Positions 30,401-40,039 of a stretch of 64,000 bases of DNA are shown here, in pieces. The DNA is taken from the NCBI GenBank assembly GCA_965214405.1, contig OZ243956.1, positions 3,392,001 through 3,456,000 of the forward strand, in the 5' to 3' direction. Source of the DNA: Trueperaceae bacterium. GTDB taxonomy: Bacteria; Deinococcota; Deinococci; Deinococcales; Trueperaceae. The notes under the pieces are model-generated. The model did no database searches. It was not told where the DNA came from and saw only the letters and a list, made by a program, of their open reading frames with translations. Every line of letters starts with the position of its first letter. The first letter of the stretch is position 1. The position numbers and the translations under genes are program-made.

Positions 30401-31105
30401 GTGGCCGAGCTGGCCCTCGAGCGAGGTCGGGTTGGAAAGAAAGGGCGCGCGCAGGAGCGCCAACAGCGACTCGCCCTTAGGACCCGCGGCGGGCTCGCCC
30501 TCAACAAAACCGCCTAGTGCCTCGACCACGCCCTCATAGGCGGTTTCCTCACGGAGCGCGCGGTCGTCAAAAAGTTCGGTAAAGCGTTCGAACGCGGGGT
30601 TCTGGTTGGCGAGCCAGAGCATGAGGAGTTCTTCTAAAACCACGTGGCGGTGCGGAACGCCATCGGTTTGGCCCTTGAGGTAGTCCGCCACACTTACTGC
30701 ACCCGCGTACACCGGCTTGGCGGGAAAGTCGGTGGCGAAGCGCGTTAAGGTCCGCTCCACCGCCGCCTCACCCAGGGAATCGGTGAGCGCCGCCAAAGCC
30801 TTTTCAAAAAAGTCGGGGTGACGCTCCACGTACCCCGCCACGAGCAGGTGAAGCACCTCGTCGATAAGACCCGCCGCGTAGAGGTCGCCCGCCCGGACGG
30901 CCCGCTCGGGAAAGCGCGCGGCGTCGCGCTTGGCGTTGATTTTGTGCGCGACCCTTTGCGCGGCCTCCAGGTCGGCCAGCATCAAGGAGCCGTGTAGGCT
31001 GAACAGGGACGCGTCCAGCTCGTAACGTTCGCGCGCGCTGCGCGACACGTGAAACTCCCGCGGGGTCCCCTGGACCAAAACGGGAAGGGAAAATTTTTGT
31101 ATCAT
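27404..31105 (-). CDS. Large alpha-amylase family (GH13) protein, 1233 aa
   Basis: DMVPNH, IRFDAAM (nucleophile), LAEAFW (acid/base), NNPDE, and long N- and C-terminal extensions. Confidence 0.85.
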   Translation of the reverse strand: MIQKFSLPVLVQGTPREFHVSRSARERYELDASLFSLHGSLMLADLEAAQRVAHKINAKRDAARFPERAVRAGDLYAAGLIDEVLHLLVAGYVERHPDFFEKALAALTDSLGEAAVERTLTRFATDFPAKPVYAGAVSVADYLKGQTDGVPHRHVVLEELLMLWLANQNPAFERFTELFDDRALREETAYEGVVEALGGFVEGEPAAGPKGESLLALLRAPFLSNPTSLEGQLGHLRGWASFLGEGFQSLMTELLRSRDVLEEERKEGGFGGPGPSVVLNEDILRGAAYAQGAQAEAVEYERFSPDKSWMPRVVMLAKSTYVWLDQLSKGYGRSITRLDEIPDEELDELGRRGFTGLWLIGLWERSDASKRIKHLRGNPDAVASAYSLYDYVIAPDLGGDAAYENLRDRAWARGIRLASDMVPNHMGIDSRWVVEHPDWFLSLEKPPYPAYSFNGPDLSQDERVGIFLEDHYYDSTDAAVVFKRVDRQTGSERYVYHGNDGTTIPWNDTAQLNYALAEVREAVIQTILHVARKFPIIRFDAAMTLAKRHIERLWFPQPGHGGAIPSRAQYGSMTQAEFNRLVPEEFWREVVDRVAEEVPDTLLLAEAFWMMEGFFVRTLGMHRVYNSAFMHMLRKEDNAEYRQSIKNVLEFEPEILKRFVNFMNNPDEETAIAQFGDGDKYFGVCVLMSTLPGLPMYGHGQVEGFREKYGMEYKRAKLNEAPNMGLLERHRREIFPLLHRRKEFAEVENFRLYDLVTPEGGVNEDVYAYSNRDGERISLVVFNNKFADARGLLKVSASAKGVGEGSFSENLGLRAGERDFVILRDATGGLEYLRRSRDVREGFRVELGAYQYRVFLDVREVEDNEYSHYAGLYDMLGERGVPSLEEALDDLRLRPLHEAFVGVLEPTDETVAEAETDAEKVPTHVTRYASFLARARDYGFGGEHEVAVARFSSLTQGLAGLSKRAPEDLDEELAYLLELTPADEAVLVARAALEPLWAEPSLIQEWRLLNALRNNLAGLGGSYDAAHRRVELVELFLNHGDVLRLRVEVEDADDLSETGVGLLNAETGLEEARTPATSATSTAFETSEEPEPVESETPLEPEALEAAASPATVFLTRILETEPVLHFLQVNEHENVRWFNREAYRDLLGMALKLALLEELEVQEEAILWEFVTDLHAAEVRSNYRVDRLIMVPEEGADAEASQEQVEVQSTLEETPEEAVTKDLEDVLEAEEV

Positions 31106-31431
31106 CTTTTCACCTCTTTAAGCGGTTCAACAAGCTTGGTACCACTTTAGTCTGCTGTTTTTGTCCGCTGTGATGGCACCATAAGTAGGTACTAAATCAA
31201 TACTGGGAACAGCTTAGCACGCCCCTTTGTCCGTCTTTTGTAGTTATCTCGTGATAAATGCGCCGAACACGACGGAACGGTTTAAGGAGGCTCGAGTACA
31301 ATACAAAAGCACAGTTTGTACAGTAGTTTCTTAAACTGAGACGAGGAGAAAACGTTGATAACCCACCACACGGCGCAGCGCCAGAGGGCGCAAAGAGCCG
31401 TTAAAGAAATCCAAACCTGCGAGGCACCACA

Positions 31432-32793
31432 GTGAGCCTCATTATCGTATCGAACCGCGAGCCCCTGCGCGAGGAGGCGGGCCGCTGGACCCCGTCGGTT
31501 GGCGGGCTCACCACCGCGTTGGTGCCCGTACTAGAGCAGCGCGGCGGCGTCTGGATTGCCTGGGGTGAGGAAGGTGCGGCAGAAACCCCCTGCATCTCCT
31601 ACCCGCCCGAAAATCCCGCCTTTGAGGTGCGGCGCTTGGAACTCTCCGAGGAGGAGGTTAGCAACTACTACTACGGCCTCGCCAACCGGGTGCTCTGGCC
31701 CGTGTGCCATTACTTCACCGAACAAATTGACTTACAGAGGCACTTCTATACCGACTACGTCCGGGTCAACCGCCGCTTCGCCGCCGCCACCGCCGAGGCT
31801 TATAACGAGGGCGACCTCGTCTGGATTCAGGACTATCAGCTCATGCTCGCGCCCCTCTTTTTGCGCGAGGCGAAGCCGGAGGCGCGCATCGGCTTCTTTT
31901 TTCACATCCCCTGGCCCGCCGCCGAGGTCTGGCGCATCCTGCCTTGGGCGCGCCGCCTCACCGAGGGGCTCCTCAGCGCGGACCTGGTGGGTTTCCATAC
32001 GGACACCTACGTCCAAAACTTTCTCGACTGCGCACATCTAGTCGGCGCTGAGGTCGAGGGCAACCGGGTGCGCTGGGGGGGCCGGGAGATTCGGGTGGAG
32101 GTTCACCCCATCGGCATCGACACGAACCGTTTTAGAGAGCTTGCCCAGGATAGTAACGTGCGGGCTCTCTCCGAGCAGCGCCGCGCGGAGGCCGGGAGCG
32201 AGTTTGTGCTTTTGGGCGTGGACCGGCTTGACTACACCAAGGGGGTGCTCGAGCGCCTCTTGGCTTTCGAGACTTTCCTAGAAACCTACCCCGACTACCG
32301 CGGACGCGTCACCTTTTACCAGATCGCCTCGCCGAGCCGCACTCGAGTCGAGTCGTACCAGAACTTAAAGCGCGCGGTGGACGAGGTGGCGGGCCGCATC
32401 AACGGCGCGTATATGCAAGAGGACTGGGTGCCGGTGCGCTACCTCTACCGCACCTACTCGCAAGAAGAACTCACCGCCTTTTACTTGGCCGCCGACGCCG
32501 CGCTTATTACCCCTTTGCGCGACGGCATGAACATGGTGTCGCAAGAGTTCGCGTGCGTGACCGAGCGGGGAATGCTCATCTTGTCGAACCTTACGGGTGC
32601 CGCGAGCTTTCTCTCTGATACGCTGCTCGTCAACCCTTACGACGTTGAAGGCACCGCGCACACCATCAAGACCGCCCTCTCGATGGCTGCAAACGAGCGC
32701 AGCACGCGGATGAAGGGCGTTAAAGCGGAGGTGGATACGCTCGACGTTCACGACTGGGCCAAAGGTTTTTTGGACGCCTTGGAATCTGCATGA
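31432..32793 (+). CDS. otsA: Trehalose-6-phosphate synthase
   Basis: VSNREP, GGL, WIQDYQL, GVDRLDYTKG, DGMNMVSQE. Confidence 0.95.
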   Translation: MSLIIVSNREPLREEAGRWTPSVGGLTTALVPVLEQRGGVWIAWGEEGAAETPCISYPPENPAFEVRRLELSEEEVSNYYYGLANRVLWPVCHYFTEQIDLQRHFYTDYVRVNRRFAAATAEAYNEGDLVWIQDYQLMLAPLFLREAKPEARIGFFFHIPWPAAEVWRILPWARRLTEGLLSADLVGFHTDTYVQNFLDCAHLVGAEVEGNRVRWGGREIRVEVHPIGIDTNRFRELAQDSNVRALSEQRRAEAGSEFVLLGVDRLDYTKGVLERLLAFETFLETYPDYRGRVTFYQIASPSRTRVESYQNLKRAVDEVAGRINGAYMQEDWVPVRYLYRTYSQEELTAFYLAADAALITPLRDGMNMVSQEFACVTERGMLILSNLTGAASFLSDTLLVNPYDVEGTAHTIKTALSMAANERSTRMKGVKAEVDTLDVHDWAKGFLDALESA

Positions 32794-33494
32794 GCACCCC
32801 TGACATGAACGTCCCCATCGTCTCCTCCCCTCTGCTCATGCTCGACTACGACGGCACCTTGGCCGACATCGTCGCCAACCCCGACGAGGCCCAGCCGCAC
32901 CCTCGAGTGCAAGATTTGCTGGAAAAACTCGCCCAACGTCACCCTGTTTTCGTCATTACAGGACGGCAGGTAAAAGATATCGCCGCCTTTTTACCCGTTC
33001 CTTCACTGCGTATCGTCGGCGTTCACGGGATGGAGGAGGGCGTGGTCGGTGGGGAGACAAAAACGCTCGTGGGTGACGAGGCCAGGGCGGGGCTCGAGTG
33101 GGTCCGCCAGCATCCCCCGGATATTGCAGATTTAGGGATTGAGGACAAAGGCAGCGCGGTGGCCTTTCACTACCGGAATGTGGAGGAGGTAGGGGTTGAG
33201 GAAGCGCTTCGAGACTGGAGCGCGGACGCGCCCGGTACGCTGGACAGGCTGTGGGGGAAGAAGGTGCTCGAGCTTCGCCCCAAGGGCCACAGTAAGGGAA
33301 GCGCGGTGGCGCGGCTTGTGGAGGAGCACCCCGGCACCACCCCCGTCTTTATCGGCGACGACACCACCGACGAGGAGGCGTTCGCGGTGCTTACAGAAAG
33401 CGTCACCGTCAAGGTGGGTGAGGGTGAGACGAAAGCGCAGTACAGGTTGGATGATGTCGAGGCGGTGGTGGGGTATCTGGAAAAGTATCTGTAA
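32790..33494 (+). CDS. otsB: Trehalose-6-phosphate phosphatase
   Basis: LDYDGTL, ITGR, FIGDDTTDEEAF. Confidence 0.95.
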   Translation: MSTPDMNVPIVSSPLLMLDYDGTLADIVANPDEAQPHPRVQDLLEKLAQRHPVFVITGRQVKDIAAFLPVPSLRIVGVHGMEEGVVGGETKTLVGDEARAGLEWVRQHPPDIADLGIEDKGSAVAFHYRNVEEVGVEEALRDWSADAPGTLDRLWGKKVLELRPKGHSKGSAVARLVEEHPGTTPVFIGDDTTDEEAFAVLTESVTVKVGEGETKAQYRLDDVEAVVGYLEKYL

Positions 33495-33522
33495 AACGCA
33501 GTAACCCCAGTTTTGGAGGCTT

Positions 33523-34485
33523 ATGACCAGCTCAGACTCATTCACAGTTCGCTCGTTTCGTGAGGAAGATTTTCCTGCTTACGTGGCGCTTCTAAACGCC
33601 GTCTCGGAATACGAGGGCAAGGCCGCGAGGACGACCGAAGTGGAACAGCGTGAGCAGGCAGCCCTGTACACCGTCAATTTGACCGAAGACCGCATGGTGA
33701 TTGAGCATCCCACGACCCCATCCCTCATCGCCGCCTGCGACGTATGGCAGATACACACCAACCCCAGCGCGGAACTCACGCTGCTGGTGCATCCCGACTG
33801 GCGTCGGCGGGGGCTCGGCTTTAAGCTCCTCCAGGCAGGTATCCAACACGCGAACTCACTAAATGCCACGGCGCTTGACGCGCTCGCGCTACCCGAGCAG
33901 GAGGAAATTCGTTCGTTTCTCGAGCGCCACAACTTCGCGGTAGCAGGATTCTACCGCGACATGACCTTGGCGGCTGACAAGCCTCTGTCAAAACCGAACC
34001 TCGGCTCCTACACCGTCCGCACCTTTGACCAGTTGGAGGGTAGTGAAGGCGACAAGATTGACTTGGTTCTCGAGGCTGCCAATCAAGCTTGGGGTGACTT
34101 GTGGGGTCATCAAACCCTGTACGGTACGGAAGGTAGGAAGACGATTCAAGATAACATGCTCCCTCACCACGAATCCGAAGCAATGTTCTTTCTTTTCGAT
34201 GGTGAGAATTACGTTGGGCACGACAGAATTAGCTTTTCAGAAGGAGAAGACGGGGCCAAGGTTGGTCACGCGGGTGTTCCCGGTCTCCTTCCGGCCTACC
34301 GAAGCCCCGAACTCTACCGGGAACTGGCCATCATCGGCCTCAACTGGCTTTATGAACAAGGCTGCGCCGAAATCAAGCTGAGTTCGTGGGGTGACAGTGA
34401 GGAGACGATACGCGCGTTTGAAGATTTGGGCTTCACCATGAACTTTTATGAGTTGGGGTATCAGCGTGTTTTGTCAGGAGTTTAA
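33523..34485 (+). CDS. Tandem-domain GNAT acetyltransferase
   Basis: VHPDWRRRGLG motif A plus a second degenerate GNAT domain. Confidence 0.8.
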   Translation: MTSSDSFTVRSFREEDFPAYVALLNAVSEYEGKAARTTEVEQREQAALYTVNLTEDRMVIEHPTTPSLIAACDVWQIHTNPSAELTLLVHPDWRRRGLGFKLLQAGIQHANSLNATALDALALPEQEEIRSFLERHNFAVAGFYRDMTLAADKPLSKPNLGSYTVRTFDQLEGSEGDKIDLVLEAANQAWGDLWGHQTLYGTEGRKTIQDNMLPHHESEAMFFLFDGENYVGHDRISFSEGEDGAKVGHAGVPGLLPAYRSPELYRELAIIGLNWLYEQGCAEIKLSSWGDSEETIRAFEDLGFTMNFYELGYQRVLSGV

Positions 34486-34539
34486 CCCTGATTTGACTCC
34501 TCGAGCCGCCAAAGAAGCCGTTACAGCGTATCTCTTTTC

Positions 34540-35001
34540 TCAACCATCCCTTAGAAGACGCGCGTCCACCTCGTAAGCGTCAGTCGAGGCGGTGACGCGG
34601 TCAAAGGCCGGATGAAGGGGGTTGAGTAGGTAGTTCCACTCCTGCGACACAACCCGGCCAGGAACTCTGAGCGCACAACTTCTTCTTTCATCCAACCACG
34701 CGTCACCGTAGCCACGCCCGTTGAACTGGTCAGGGGCCGCAAGAAATTCACACAAGGTGGACGTTCCCAGAGTCTCAACCGAGCCTTCAGGAATTTCGAT
34801 ACGGCTTTTGACGTAGTGGGCGAGTTGCCGCTTTATCTGCAAGTTGACGAAAAGCTCGAGCGTCGCCAGGGCCAGGCTGTCTGAGCTGTAAACGATGCGC
34901 CTTCCTTGGCTGTGCCAGCGTCCGGACGCGAACAGCCCCCCGTTGCCGCTCATCGCTTCGTCTTTGTAGCGCGCGTGGGTGAGTCGCCAAGCGACAATCA
35001 A
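34540..35001 (-). CDS. RES-domain toxin (NAD+-targeting family)
   Basis: AWRL, GRWHS, VYSSDSLALATLE, NYLLNPLHP. The TTG start overlaps the antitoxin TGA. Confidence 0.88.
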   Translation of the reverse strand: MIVAWRLTHARYKDEAMSGNGGLFASGRWHSQGRRIVYSSDSLALATLELFVNLQIKRQLAHYVKSRIEIPEGSVETLGTSTLCEFLAAPDQFNGRGYGDAWLDERRSCALRVPGRVVSQEWNYLLNPLHPAFDRVTASTDAYEVDARLLRDG

Positions 35002-35308
35002 GGATAGAGGCCCCAAGCGAGCTGTTTGAGGAGCACGCTCACGGCGTCCGCGCCGGGGTCGGTATCGAGCAGGCTCAGGGGCGTTCCCTCGAGCGCCGGT
35101 AGCGGGGTCTTGAGCCACCGCAAGGCGTCTGCATGACCACCAACATCACCGCTAACCCCACCGCCAAAAAAAGAGACCGTCTCCCGGTAGATGCGGGCAA
35201 CGCGGCTGATGGCGTTGCTCTCGCTGGGTTTGAACGCGCCTTCTTTTTGCCTTTTGGTCAGGGTGCGCCGGGGGATGCCCAGGAGGTGCGCGAGTTCTTC
35301 TGTACTTA

Positions 35309-36228
35309 GGGTCTGTCTGACAGAAGGGATGAAGATGGTTTAGGGTAGGCGTATGGCACGAACAGACCTAAAAGAGCAGCAGTGGCAAGCACTAAAACCG
35401 CATCTACCCCCCAATCCCCAACGGGGTCACAACTACCGCAACCACCGACAGGTCATCAACGGCATTTCGTGGCGCTTGAAAACAGGCGCTCCCTGGCGCG
35501 ACGTTCCTGAACGCTACGGACCTTGGCAGACCTGCTGGGACCGCTTCACGAGGTGGGAGCGCAACGGTGTCTGGAAGCGCATCCTGCACAGGCTTCAAGC
35601 TCACGCCGATGCGGCGGGTGAGATTGATTGGGACGGCGCAGCGTTAGACAGCTCTCATATTAAAGCGCACCGCAGCGCCAGCGGGGCGAGGAAGCGGCCT
35701 GCTGAGGGTGAAAAAAGGGGACCTTAGCAGACGAGTGGCTGGGACACTCACGCGGAGGCCACACCAGCAAGGTGCATACCTGCGCGGACGGCAAAGTGCG
35801 ACCCCTGTCCGTGGTCATCACGGCGGGACAGCGCAACGACGCCGCTTGGCTAGAGCCGGTCTTGGACGAGATTTATGTGCCCCGCCTTGGCAGAGGGCGA
35901 CCGCGTAAGCGCCCCCCTCAGCTTAGACTCGACCGCGCTTATGGTTTCAACAAGCAGCGGAAGATACTAAGGCGCAGGGGCATCATCTGTATCAGCCCCG
36001 AGCGCGAAGATGCCAAGAAGTCTCGCTTGTCTAAGGGCACAAAAGGTGGACGACCTCCTGCTTTCGATAAGCAAGCCTACAAAGGACGTAACGTGGTCGA
36101 ACGCTGCATCAACCGACTTAAAGACTTTCGCGCCGTTGCCACCCGCTACGACAAACGCGGCAGAAACTACCGTGCTGGTGTGCTCCTCGCCTCCATCATC
36201 CTCTGGCTTTGATTAGTCAGACAGACCC
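35309..36228 (+). mobile_element. IS5-family (IS427-like) insertion sequence, 920 bp
   Basis: 13-bp perfect terminal IRs GGGTCTGTCTGAC / GTCAGACAGACCC, flanked by a TA target duplication. Confidence 0.93.
35353..36212 (+). CDS. IS5-family transposase, two ORFs joined by a -1 frameshift
   Basis: orfA has [16 protein letters not shown] and LDSS. An A6G4 run lies at 35711-35720. The -1 frame gives [40 protein letters not shown]. Confidence 0.92.
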
Positions 36229-36347
36229 TAGCTCGAGCGCCTCACGTAAAGCCGTGAAAGCCTCGAAAGGTAACCCCTCCCGAACCGCCGTGATGCGTTG
36301 CTTATCGTTGCCCTGAAGAAGCTGTTGAACCGTCATAACGCACCTCT

Positions 36348-36361
36348 TGGTAATTTTACCA
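36348..36361. promoter_or_regulatory. Palindromic operator candidate for the Xre-RES operon
   Basis: TGGTAA-TT-TTACCA overlaps a minus-strand TAAAAT just upstream of the antitoxin RBS. Confidence 0.5.
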
Positions 36362-36470
36362 TCAATTTTAGTAGAGTTGCCCAACAGCATCCTTCCTGAC
36401 CCACGTATCACCTAAAGCAAACGTAACGAATAACACATCCCGGGTGCAAAAGGAGCGGTAAGCTTTCCCT

Positions 36471-36632
36471 ACCACGGAAAGGAGGTGGTCCTGATTTTAC
36501 AAAGTGAAACGACCAGTGGAGGTACCCGTCGAGGGTAACTGACCACGCCTCTGTCTGAGGGACCACGGTTACCCTCAGTACCAGGCGGGTATCCGCAGCC
36601 CCCAGAGTCCACGCGACTCTGGGGGCTGTTCT
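36471..36632 (+). ncRNA. Putative stand-alone structured small RNA with an extended anti-16S (super-SD) element
   Basis: TAAGCT -10 box at 36459-36464, a 5' hairpin ACCAC/GTGGT, nested 10-bp and 9-bp stems, and a 14-bp terminator stem. No convincing ORF. Confidence 0.65.
36596..36632 (+). terminator. Intrinsic terminator
   Basis: CAGCCCCCAGAGTC-CACGC-GACTCTGGGGGCTG followed by TTCTCGTT. Confidence 0.75.
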
Positions 36633-36670
36633 CGTTATAATTGTTGGCTGACTGGTTGTTGAATGAGCAA

Positions 36671-37120
36671 TTATTGGCTGAGACTGTACGTGTAAAATGA
36701 CGTGACTCTCTCCCACCCCAACGCCTCATAAAGCGCCCCCGCCGCCTCGTTCGTCACCTCGGTTTGTAGCGATAACCACGCCGCGCCCGCTTCCTCTCCG
36801 AAGCTTGCCGCGCGCTCGAGCAGCCCCCGCGCCACCCCCTTACGCCGCGCCTCGAGTGCCACAAAAAGGTCGTTGAGAATCCACACCCGCGCCATCAAGA
36901 CGGACGAGAAAGACGGGTAGAGCTGCGTAAAACCTGCGGGTTTCCCATCTAAAAACGCCACAAAGACGACCGAATCACCCTGCACGAGGCGCTCGCGCAA
37001 AAACGCTTTTGCCCCCGGTAGGTCGGGGGCTTGGCGGTAGAAGCTTCTGTAGGCGTCGAAAAGGAGGGCAAGTTCGTCTATGTGTTGAAGTCCGGCTTGA
37101 ACGACTTTTAGCTCAGGCAC
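36671..37120 (-). CDS. GNAT acetyltransferase
   Basis: GFTQLYPSFSS, ILNDLFV, ARRKGVAR, LYEALGW; GTG start at 37120. Confidence 0.88.
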   Translation of the reverse strand: MPELKVVQAGLQHIDELALLFDAYRSFYRQAPDLPGAKAFLRERLVQGDSVVFVAFLDGKPAGFTQLYPSFSSVLMARVWILNDLFVALEARRKGVARGLLERAASFGEEAGAAWLSLQTEVTNEAAGALYEALGWERVTSFYTYSLSQ

Positions 37121-37694
37121 GTTTCTTTCCCAGAAGCTTCCAGGCGGCGGGCAAGAGCAGGGCCGCCACGAGCAGCTTGAGCAGGTCGCCGGGAACGAAC
37201 GGGACGAGGCCCCATTGCAGCGTGGTGGGCCAGTCGGGCGCAAGTTGCTTGAGCCACAAAAGACCCGGAATGTAGATGATGAGGTTGCCCACAAACATTG
37301 CCAACGCCGTAGTGCTCACGCGCCGGTCAAAGCCGCGCTGCGCGAGAAACCCTACCACCGCCGCCGCCACGGGAAAGCCCAAAAGATAGCCCGCCGTGGC
37401 TCCTGTGAATACGGCCCAGCCCGCCGCGCCACCCGAAAAGACGCCTAAGCCTAAGCCTCCTACTAAAAGGTACGCGAGCATCGTCACGCCGCCCAAAGAG
37501 AAGCCGTAGGCCGCGCCGATGAGCAAGACGCCCAGCGTCTGCCCGGTGAGGGGCACGGGGCCAAGCTCGAGCCGCACCTGCGAAAGAAGCGCCATAACGA
37601 GCACGCCCAAGGTGATTTGAAGGAACGCGCGTAAAGCGTCGTTGCGAACCGGAACGAGGCGGTTGATGAGCGGCTGTGACAAGGTTTGTGTCAT
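37113..37694 (-). CDS. bioY: Biotin transporter BioY
   Basis: PVPLTGQT, GYLLGF, PFVPGDLLK; GGAGG RBS before ATG 37694. Confidence 0.9.
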   Translation of the reverse strand: MTQTLSQPLINRLVPVRNDALRAFLQITLGVLVMALLSQVRLELGPVPLTGQTLGVLLIGAAYGFSLGGVTMLAYLLVGGLGLGVFSGGAAGWAVFTGATAGYLLGFPVAAAVVGFLAQRGFDRRVSTTALAMFVGNLIIYIPGLLWLKQLAPDWPTTLQWGLVPFVPGDLLKLLVAALLLPAAWKLLGKKRA

Positions 37695-37911
37695 GAAGAC
37701 CTCCAGAGAACTGTCGCTCAGTATATCCACTCGAGCCCGCCGGGCGTAAACAGACCGCAAACAGGCAGCGTAGGCGGACGCGCGCGAGAATCCACCCGTG
37801 TTCCTTATCTCGAGGGCGCACACTTGCTATGGTAGAGGCTAGTTTAGGTGTTGAGGTAAAGTAGGGCCTCACAAAACTTTGTTAAACATTCCTGCCAAAC
37901 CGGAGGAGACC

Positions 37912-39912
37912 ATGACGCAGACCGCAGAAAAACCCCAAACCGACCTTCAGGAGCGCGCCGTCAACACGATTCGCGCGCTCACCATCGACGCAACCCAGGA
38001 GGCGGGCTCGGGCCACCCCGGGATGCCGATGGGTGCGGCGGCGATGGGCTATACGCTTTTTACCCAGAGTATGCGCTACAACCCCAAGAACCCGCTCTGG
38101 TTCGACCGCGACCGCTACGTGCAATCCGCCGGTCACGGCTCGATGCTCCAGTACAGCCTCTTGCACTTAACAGGCTTCGACGTGTCGATGGACGACCTCA
38201 AGGCCTACCGCAAGTTTGAGAGCAAAACGCCCGGCCACCCCGAAGTCCACCACACCCCCGGCGTCGAGACGACCACGGGTCCCTTGGGTCAGGGCCTCAG
38301 CACCGCGGTCGGCATGGCCCTGGCCGAGGCGCACTTAGCCGCCGTTTACAACCGCCCTGAGCACGACGTCGTCAACCACTACACCTTTGTGATTGCCTCC
38401 GACGGCGACCTCATGGAGGGCGTGACGCACGAGGCGTCGTCGCTGGCGGGGCACCTGGGGCTGGGCAAGCTCATCGTGCTTTACGACGACAACGAAATCA
38501 CGCTCGACGCAGAAGCCGACGTGTCTTTTAGTGAGGACACCCTAAAGCGTTACGAGGCTTACCACTGGCACACCACCATCGTCGAGGACGGCAACGACGT
38601 GGCGGCGATTCGGGCCGCAATCGAGGCGGCCAAAGCTGAAAGAGACAGGCCCAGCCTCATCGCGGTGCGGACCATCATCGGCTACGGCGCGCCCGACCAG
38701 GACACCTCCGACGTCCACGGTTCGCCCCTGGGCGAGGAGAACGCGAAAAAAGCCAAGGAAACACTCAACATCGACTGGCCCGCTTTTACCGTGCCCGACG
38801 ACGTGCTGGCGCATTACCGCGAGGCGGTTTCCAAGGGTGAAGAGGCCGAGCGGGATTGGAATGAGCGTTTTGGGGCGTACAAGCGTGCTTTTCCCGAACT
38901 CGCCGCGCAGTTTCAGGGGATGCTCGAGAAGACCCTACCCGACGGGCTCGAGGACGCCCTCCCCACCTTTGAGCCAGGCAAAAGTACCGCCACGCGTAAC
39001 GCGTCGGGCAAAGCGCTCAACGCCTTAGCCAAACTCGTCCCCGCCATGCTCGGCGGCTCGGCGGACTTGGCGGGCTCGACCAAGACGGACATCGACGACA
39101 CCGCCATCATCCAGCGCGGCGACTACACGGGGCGCAACATCTACTTCGGCGTGCGCGAACACGCGATGGCGGCGGCGGCCAACGGTATGGCGCTCCACGA
39201 CCTGCGGCCCTTTGTGGGCACATTCCTCATCTTTTCGGACTACCTGCGCCCCTCGCTGCGCCTCGCGGCCTTGATGGACCAGCCCGTCATGTACGTGTTC
39301 ACCCACGATTCGATTGGTTTGGGCGGCGACGGCCCGACGCACCAGCCCATCGCGGCCCTCATGGCGCTCCGCGCGATTCCCAACATGACCGTCATCCGCC
39401 CCGCCGACGCGAACGAGACCGCGCAGGCCTGGGCCTACGCGCTCCGCCACCAGGACGGTCCCGTCGCCTTTGCGCTCACCCGGCAGAACGTGCCCAACTT
39501 GGAAGTGCCCAAGGGCAGCGTCGCCAAGGGCGCTTATGTCGCTGCTGACGCTGATGGCGCGCCGGACGTGATTTTGATAGCCACGGGTTCCGAGGTGCAT
39601 AAGTGTCTGGAGGCCAAAGAGGTGTTGGAGGGCGAGGGCGTCAAGACTCGAGTGGTCAGTATGCCGTCCTTTGAAATTTTTGACGCGCAAGACGAAACTT
39701 ACCGCGAGTCGGTCTTGCCCAGAAGCGTCCGGGCGCGCGTGGCGGTGGAGGCGGGCTCGCCCTTGGGCTGGCAAAAGTACACCGGTTTAGACGGCGCGGT
39801 TATCGGCTTGGAGCGCTTCGGCGCGTCCGGTGAGGGCGACGTGGTGATGGATAAATTGGGCTTTAACACGGACAACATCGTAAGGACCGCCAAACGCGTG
39901 CTCGGAAATTGA
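37912..39912 (+). CDS. tkt: Transketolase
   Basis: [45 protein letters not shown]. Confidence 0.97.
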   Translation: MTQTAEKPQTDLQERAVNTIRALTIDATQEAGSGHPGMPMGAAAMGYTLFTQSMRYNPKNPLWFDRDRYVQSAGHGSMLQYSLLHLTGFDVSMDDLKAYRKFESKTPGHPEVHHTPGVETTTGPLGQGLSTAVGMALAEAHLAAVYNRPEHDVVNHYTFVIASDGDLMEGVTHEASSLAGHLGLGKLIVLYDDNEITLDAEADVSFSEDTLKRYEAYHWHTTIVEDGNDVAAIRAAIEAAKAERDRPSLIAVRTIIGYGAPDQDTSDVHGSPLGEENAKKAKETLNIDWPAFTVPDDVLAHYREAVSKGEEAERDWNERFGAYKRAFPELAAQFQGMLEKTLPDGLEDALPTFEPGKSTATRNASGKALNALAKLVPAMLGGSADLAGSTKTDIDDTAIIQRGDYTGRNIYFGVREHAMAAAANGMALHDLRPFVGTFLIFSDYLRPSLRLAALMDQPVMYVFTHDSIGLGGDGPTHQPIAALMALRAIPNMTVIRPADANETAQAWAYALRHQDGPVAFALTRQNVPNLEVPKGSVAKGAYVAADADGAPDVILIATGSEVHKCLEAKEVLEGEGVKTRVVSMPSFEIFDAQDETYRESVLPRSVRARVAVEAGSPLGWQKYTGLDGAVIGLERFGASGEGDVVMDKLGFNTDNIVRTAKRVLGN

Positions 39913-40039
39913 CGCGCACCTGACACCCCTCGCTGAAGATGCTAGAGGAGCTTGGAGCCACAAATCTCCTGCTCCTCACGGTTTCTCACGGGGTAGTTCT
40001 TTAGAATGAGTTAGGCTTTATGTTGAACAGGAGGAATAA

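Larger units (their letters stand above)
34998..36336 (-). pseudogene. Xre/MbcA/ParS-type antitoxin interrupted by an IS5-family element
   Basis: Removing the IS and one TA restores an open frame: MTVQQLLQG...REALELSTEELAHLLGIPRRTL...WLKTPLPALEGTPLSLLDT...WGLYP. Confidence 0.9.

Noticed and set aside
35711..35720. Transposase frameshift as a sign of pseudogenisation
   Set aside because: Split ORFs joined at an A6G run are normal for this IS5 subgroup.
36477..36491. 16S rRNA gene fragment on the minus strand
   Set aside because: The match ends after 15 nt. A real 16S end would continue ...TCCAGCCGCA on this strand, but the sequence continues TGATTTT.
36408..36729. ORFs of 102 and 86 aa across the putative RNA
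   Set aside because: No motifs or RBS, they overlap the GNAT 3' end, and they run through a strong hairpin. RNA structure explains the region better.
37695..37911. Riboswitch upstream of bioY or tkt
   Set aside because: No recognisable TPP or other aptamer consensus.
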